Below, piece after piece: positions 63,990 to 64,000 of a stretch of 64,000 nucleotides of DNA. Below the pieces are notes generated by a model that saw only the letters and a list, made by a program, of their open reading frames with translations, made no database searches and was not told where the DNA came from. Numbering within the stretch: position 1 is the stretch's first letter; each line of letters begins with the position of its first letter. The DNA comes from a virus: the IMG/VR virus record IMGVR_UViG_3300020205_001800, positions 1 through 64,000 of that record; one strand, 5' to 3'. Made by a program: the position numbers and the translations under genes.

Positions 63990-64000
63990 TGTATGACCAA

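Noticed and set aside
1-64000. Stop-codon reassignment
   Set aside because: Standard code 11 gives full-length, densely packed genes; all three stops are used as true ends and there is no suppressor tRNA.

Overview
The window is a 64-kb segment of a tailed dsDNA phage with a contractile tail. It begins inside the major capsid gene. It then runs through head-completion genes, a roughly 15-kb block of collagen-like, beta-propeller and Cys-rich appendage genes with two glycosyltransferase-like genes, and sheath, tube, chaperone, tape measure and baseplate genes (to about 36.3 kb). A replication/recombination block follows: HTH initiator, DnaC-like loader, DnaB, primase, SNF2 helicase, SSB-like protein, PolA, RecA, PD-(D/E)xK nucleases and a dNMP kinase. 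Interspersed are two WhiB genes, Hsp20, tRNA-Asn, SpoVS and a metallophosphoesterase. Next come the only minus-strand operon (six envelope-targeted genes including a CHAP peptidase), a divergent pair of holin-like genes and small basic ORFs. Two whiB genes, leaderless-type starts and modest GC (mid-40s percent by eye) suggest a low-GC actinobacterial host such as freshwater acI; this is inference. No terminase, portal, integrase or CRISPR array lies in the window. The most unusual signals are: (1) a 28-Cys insert with mirror-symmetric CxC spacing, a possible stapled stalk-and-knob appendage, flanked by small Cys proteins; (2) the envelope operon led by a roughly 900-aa mucin-like protein whose signal peptide needs a non-AUG/GUG/UUG start; (3) a +1-frame tail chaperone extension; (4) a baseplate spike with a His-rich insert inside its OB fold; (5) a hairpin whose loop matches the 16S anti-SD; (6) a 15-bp inverted repeat inside the initiator gene. 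All product calls come from motif recognition by eye; no searches were run.
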